Positions 29,085 through 32,000 of a stretch of 32,000 nt of DNA are shown here, one piece after another. The position numbers and the translations under genes are program-made. This stretch comes from Cylindrospermopsis raciborskii Cr2010 (GTDB taxonomy: Bacteria; Cyanobacteriota; Cyanobacteriia; Cyanobacteriales; Nostocaceae): the NCBI RefSeq assembly GCF_003367075.2, contig NZ_CP065936.1, positions 1,920,001 through 1,952,000 of the forward strand, read 5' to 3'. Within the stretch, counting starts at the first letter, position 1. Each line of letters begins with the position of its first letter. The notes beneath the pieces are model-generated. The model was not told the origin of the DNA, ran no database searches, and saw nothing but the letters and a program-made list of their open reading frames with translations.

Positions 29085-29594
29085 TTATAAATTACGAGTA
29101 TATTTATGTTTTACCCCCGTGGGAAAATATTCCCTATCACCTGTAGCTTTTAATTCTACTTGTGGTCTTTGATATTCCCTAGGAACATAATTTGCAAACT
29201 CACTATTTAAACGTAACAATTGAGCAAGAATAGAAGTCAAGAACCGGGGCCAAAATGTGGGTTTTCCCGTTGAGCCAGAGGAGGCCGCTATCATATCACA
29301 ACCTCCTAACATGCCATCCTCACATAGTTCTGGCAAACTGTAAACAGAAATATAATTTTCTTTACAAATCACCGGTAATTTTTGGAAGTCCGCCAAAGTT
29401 TGAATTGTTTCCCCGTTGATCTTATGTGTCGCTAAAAACGATTGATAAGCTGGTACGGTGCTGGCTACGGTCTTAAATAGGTTAGTTGCTATTTCTTGAT
29501 GTGTAGTCTTTTCATGCTGTCTCAGTGTTTATTCTAGGGGAGTAGAAACGAATTTTTCTAGTTGTTCAATAGCTTTTTTCGTTTTTAGGTTCAT
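29085..29594 (-). pseudogene. Phenylacetate-CoA ligase-like (PaaK/CapK family) adenylating enzyme remnant
   Basis: My own translation from ATG 29594 is MNLKTKKAIEQLEKFVSTPLE*TLRQHEKTTHQEIATNLFKTVASTVPAYQSFLATHKINGETIQTLADFQKLPVICKENY…SSGSTGKPTFWPR. It has an in-frame TAA near 29528-29530 and is truncated after about 170 codons. Family members are, as I recall, roughly 430 aa or more. Confidence 0.55.
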
Positions 29595-29660
29595 AATCAT
29601 CTAGGAGAGTAAATATTGAACGGTTTAATGCGATCGCGGATTTCCATGATTGAAATTTCC

Positions 29661-30623
29661 TTAATTACTCATTTCCAACATCCTTTGTATGGGTTTTAAT
29701 GCTTGAACACGAATCTTCTCTGACATGGTAATTTCTGGAGTCCGGTTGTTCATGGCTAAATATAGCTTCTCTAAGGTGTTTAATCTCATAAATGGGCACT
29801 CATTGCAATTACAGTTATTCTCAGCAGGAGCAGGGATAAAGTGTTTGCCCGGTGCTAATTTTTGCATCTGATGGATAATTCCTGGCTCCGTAGCAACTAT
29901 AAACTCCACAGCAGGGCTTTTTTGACAATAATTGAGGAGCGCAGCAGTAGAGCCAATATAATCAGCATGACGCAAAACACTGCTCTCACATTCTGGATGG
30001 GCGATCGCCTGGGCGTGAGGATGTGCAATTTTTAACTCAACTATTTTCTTTTCAGAGAAGGTTTCATGTACAATACAGCTACCCTGCCATAAAAGCATAT
30101 CCCTTCCTGTTTGTTGGCTTACGTATTTTCCCAGATTGCGATCAGGAGCAAAAATTATCCCTTGGTCTTTAGGTATTTGCTGAACAATTTTGACCGCGTT
30201 GGAACTGGTACAGATAATATCGCTCATAGCTTTTATTTCAGCGGAGCAGTTAATATAGGAGATAACTATATGATCTGGATGAGCGGCTTTAAATGCTGCA
30301 AACTTTTCCGGAGGACAACTGTCAGCGAGGGAACAACCAGCGTTTAAGTCTGGTAACAACACTAATTTATCAGGATTAAGGATTTTTGCCGTTTCCGCCA
30401 TAAAATGAACACCAGCAAATACAATCACATCCGCGCTGGTTTTTGCTGCTGCTTTTGCTAGTTGCAGAGAATCTCCAATAAAATCTGCTATATCCTGTAT
30501 ATCTGGTTCTTGATAATAGTGAGCTAGTATTACTGCATTTAATTCGGTTTTTAAATTATTAATGGCAGTAAATAAGTCCAGGGGTGGTTTGCTCTGGGTT
30601 CGAGTTAGTGTGGTTGTAAACAC
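29661..30623 (-). CDS. nadA: Quinolinate synthase
   Basis: 320 aa. AHYYQ…[23 protein letters not shown] and [12 protein letters not shown] are typical of NadA. Confidence 0.9.
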   Translation of the reverse strand: MFTTTLTRTQSKPPLDLFTAINNLKTELNAVILAHYYQEPDIQDIADFIGDSLQLAKAAAKTSADVIVFAGVHFMAETAKILNPDKLVLLPDLNAGCSLADSCPPEKFAAFKAAHPDHIVISYINCSAEIKAMSDIICTSSNAVKIVQQIPKDQGIIFAPDRNLGKYVSQQTGRDMLLWQGSCIVHETFSEKKIVELKIAHPHAQAIAHPECESSVLRHADYIGSTAALLNYCQKSPAVEFIVATEPGIIHQMQKLAPGKHFIPAPAENNCNCNECPFMRLNTLEKLYLAMNNRTPEITMSEKIRVQALKPIQRMLEMSN

Positions 30624-30736
30624 AATTAGGAACTACTTTTGATTACAAATTATTAACTTAGTTAATTATAGTAGTTTTTACCAAAAATGGTGAATGGTCA
30701 GGGAAATTTTCAGTTAAAATATGAAGGATTAACCTA

Positions 30737-31024
30737 CTAAAAACTCTCTTCCATTTTTCGTGCCAGTTCCACATCTAAATTACTAATAACATCACCTAGA
30801 TCATGGGTAGCGAGATTAACCACTACTCTGTTATAAACATTAAACCATTCTGGATGATGTCCTAGAGTATCAGCATAAACACCCACCTTGACCATCCAAC
30901 CCAAAGCAGTAGCAAAGTCTTTAAACTTATATTCTTTGGATAACTTACCCCCTTGAACTTGCCATCCGGGTAAACTTTTGAGAGCTTGGGCTATTTCGAT
31001 TTCGTTAAGTTTTTGTGCTGTCAT
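30737..31024 (-). CDS. phhB: 4a-hydroxytetrahydrobiopterin (pterin-4a-carbinolamine) dehydratase
   Basis: 95 aa with the GHHPEWFNVYNRVVVNLATHD signature. Confidence 0.85.
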   Translation of the reverse strand: MTAQKLNEIEIAQALKSLPGWQVQGGKLSKEYKFKDFATALGWMVKVGVYADTLGHHPEWFNVYNRVVVNLATHDLGDVISNLDVELARKMEESF

Positions 31025-31101
31025 GGTGTGAATTTACTATAAATTTACTACAAATCAAGGCCTATACCTAAAACTATAGCGGTTAGTTCCCATTTTTTCC
31101 T

Positions 31102-32000
31102 CTAATCTGTTTCCTGAATTTGTAGTCTAATGGTATGCTCAGTAGCGCCATTAAGTTTGATTTCCATCATTTCACCACCTAGGGGTTCAATACAACCAAG
31201 TAGAGAACGTAAATTAGGTGTACTTGCCCCCGTATCAACATATAATCTATCAGCCAAATTACTAATCCGTTTCCAGACCAAATACAACTTAGCTATATTT
31301 TGCTCCATCTGAGACGCTTGATTCACCAGGTCAGCAGCAACACTTAAACACCCAACTCTTTGCGCTTCTTCCAAAGCAATTTCGATATCCACATTCTCCT
31401 CTGCTAACGCTTGAACTTGAGCTGCTGATTTGAGATATCTAGCTAACTGTCTAGCCTCTGTTGTTGCCTGCTTTAAAGTGTCCACATCAGGACTCACCTC
31501 TATTTCTCTTTGTAAGACCTTCTGATGTGATTCTGGTAGTTTCTCCATTTCCTTAACTAGGGGAGCTATATACCTAGCAGGAAGGCTATTATCCGCAGCT
31601 TTCTCCCTCACTGGTGTAGGTAATAATTCCGAGGACATGGCAGTCCATTCATCAGTCAATTGACGAACTTCTCGACGAGTAATGCGATCGCCCTTTTGAG
31701 CTGCTTCACTGACCATTTGCTGTACTTCTGGGGTTGCTTTAGCAGTTTCCACAAAAGCCCGTTTACTAAAATTATTGACTTTACCCGGGTCGAGCTTGCC
31801 ATCTTGTATTAAAGTATCAGCACTATTAGCCAGTTGAATCCAGTGATATGCTTGACTTTTGCTAATTTCCCTTTCTTTTAACCATTGGAGAAACCCAGTT
31901 CCCCTGCTGTCTCCACCTTTTTTTTCCCGGTCACGGATGGCACGTAAAATCCGACCCCGCCAGATTTCTGTCTGGAGGTCAAAACGGTCACATACCTGCC
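31102..32000 (-). CDS. Hypothetical protein, partial (the frame stays open to the right window edge)
   Basis: The track ORF starts at Met 31752, but my translation shows the frame stays open upstream: …LQTEIWRGRILRAIRDREKKGGDSRGTGFLQWLKEREISKSQAYHWIQLANSADTLIQDGKLDP…. The upstream part may be an HTH-like N-terminal region. Confidence 0.45.
   Translation of the reverse strand, partial: QVCDRFDLQTEIWRGRILRAIRDREKKGGDSRGTGFLQWLKEREISKSQAYHWIQLANSADTLIQDGKLDPGKVNNFSKRAFVETAKATPEVQQMVSEAAQKGDRITRREVRQLTDEWTAMSSELLPTPVREKAADNSLPARYIAPLVKEMEKLPESHQKVLQREIEVSPDVDTLKQATTEARQLARYLKSAAQVQALAEENVDIEIALEEAQRVGCLSVAADLVNQASQMEQNIAKLYLVWKRISNLADRLYVDTGASTPNLRSLLGCIEPLGGEMMEIKLNGATEHTIRLQIQETD

Overview
The window is cyanobacterial chromosome. 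It is AT-rich, has many HIP1 GCGATCGC sites (for example 300-307, 1152-1159, 1231-1238, 1586-1593), and its gene content looks Nostocales-like. It divides into two parts.

(A) Positions 1 to about 13720 are a heavily rearranged accessory or defence island. It contains:
- the N-terminus of a Cas10/Cmr2-like (or mCpol-like) gene running off the left edge;
- an SDR oxidoreductase;
- a 1.2-kb segment present twice, plus a third 100-bp fragment, carrying a carboxylesterase that is inactivated differently in each copy;
- a CARF-domain effector and a DUF3800 gene bracketed by 38-bp direct repeats;
- an intact hicB next to a truncated hicA;
- two decayed IS200/IS605 (tnpA/tnpB) elements;
- a DUF262 gene with a truncated AAA15-type ATPase gene;
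- a compact three-gene cassette encoding a MotA/ExbB-like protein with a long ZorA-style coiled-coil tail plus two paralogous ExbD/TolR-like proteins.

The three-gene cassette is the most interesting item. It sits in a discrete 3.07-kb unit (8400-11464), and an internally deleted 236-bp relic of that unit lies at 2395-2630. I consider it the best candidate for an undescribed system. The CARF + DUF3800 module is second.

(B) Positions 13725-32000 are ordinary core housekeeping genes: M48 peptidase, rbgA, a VOC protein, pgsA, tgt, cobS, chlP, cysA, lipA, a HAD hydrolase, a NurA-like protein, ychF, a Ser/Thr kinase, an M20 amidohydrolase, nadA, and pterin-4a-carbinolamine dehydratase.

I found no rRNA gene, no complete tRNA gene and no CRISPR array. 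All functional calls come from motif recognition by eye. No database search was run.
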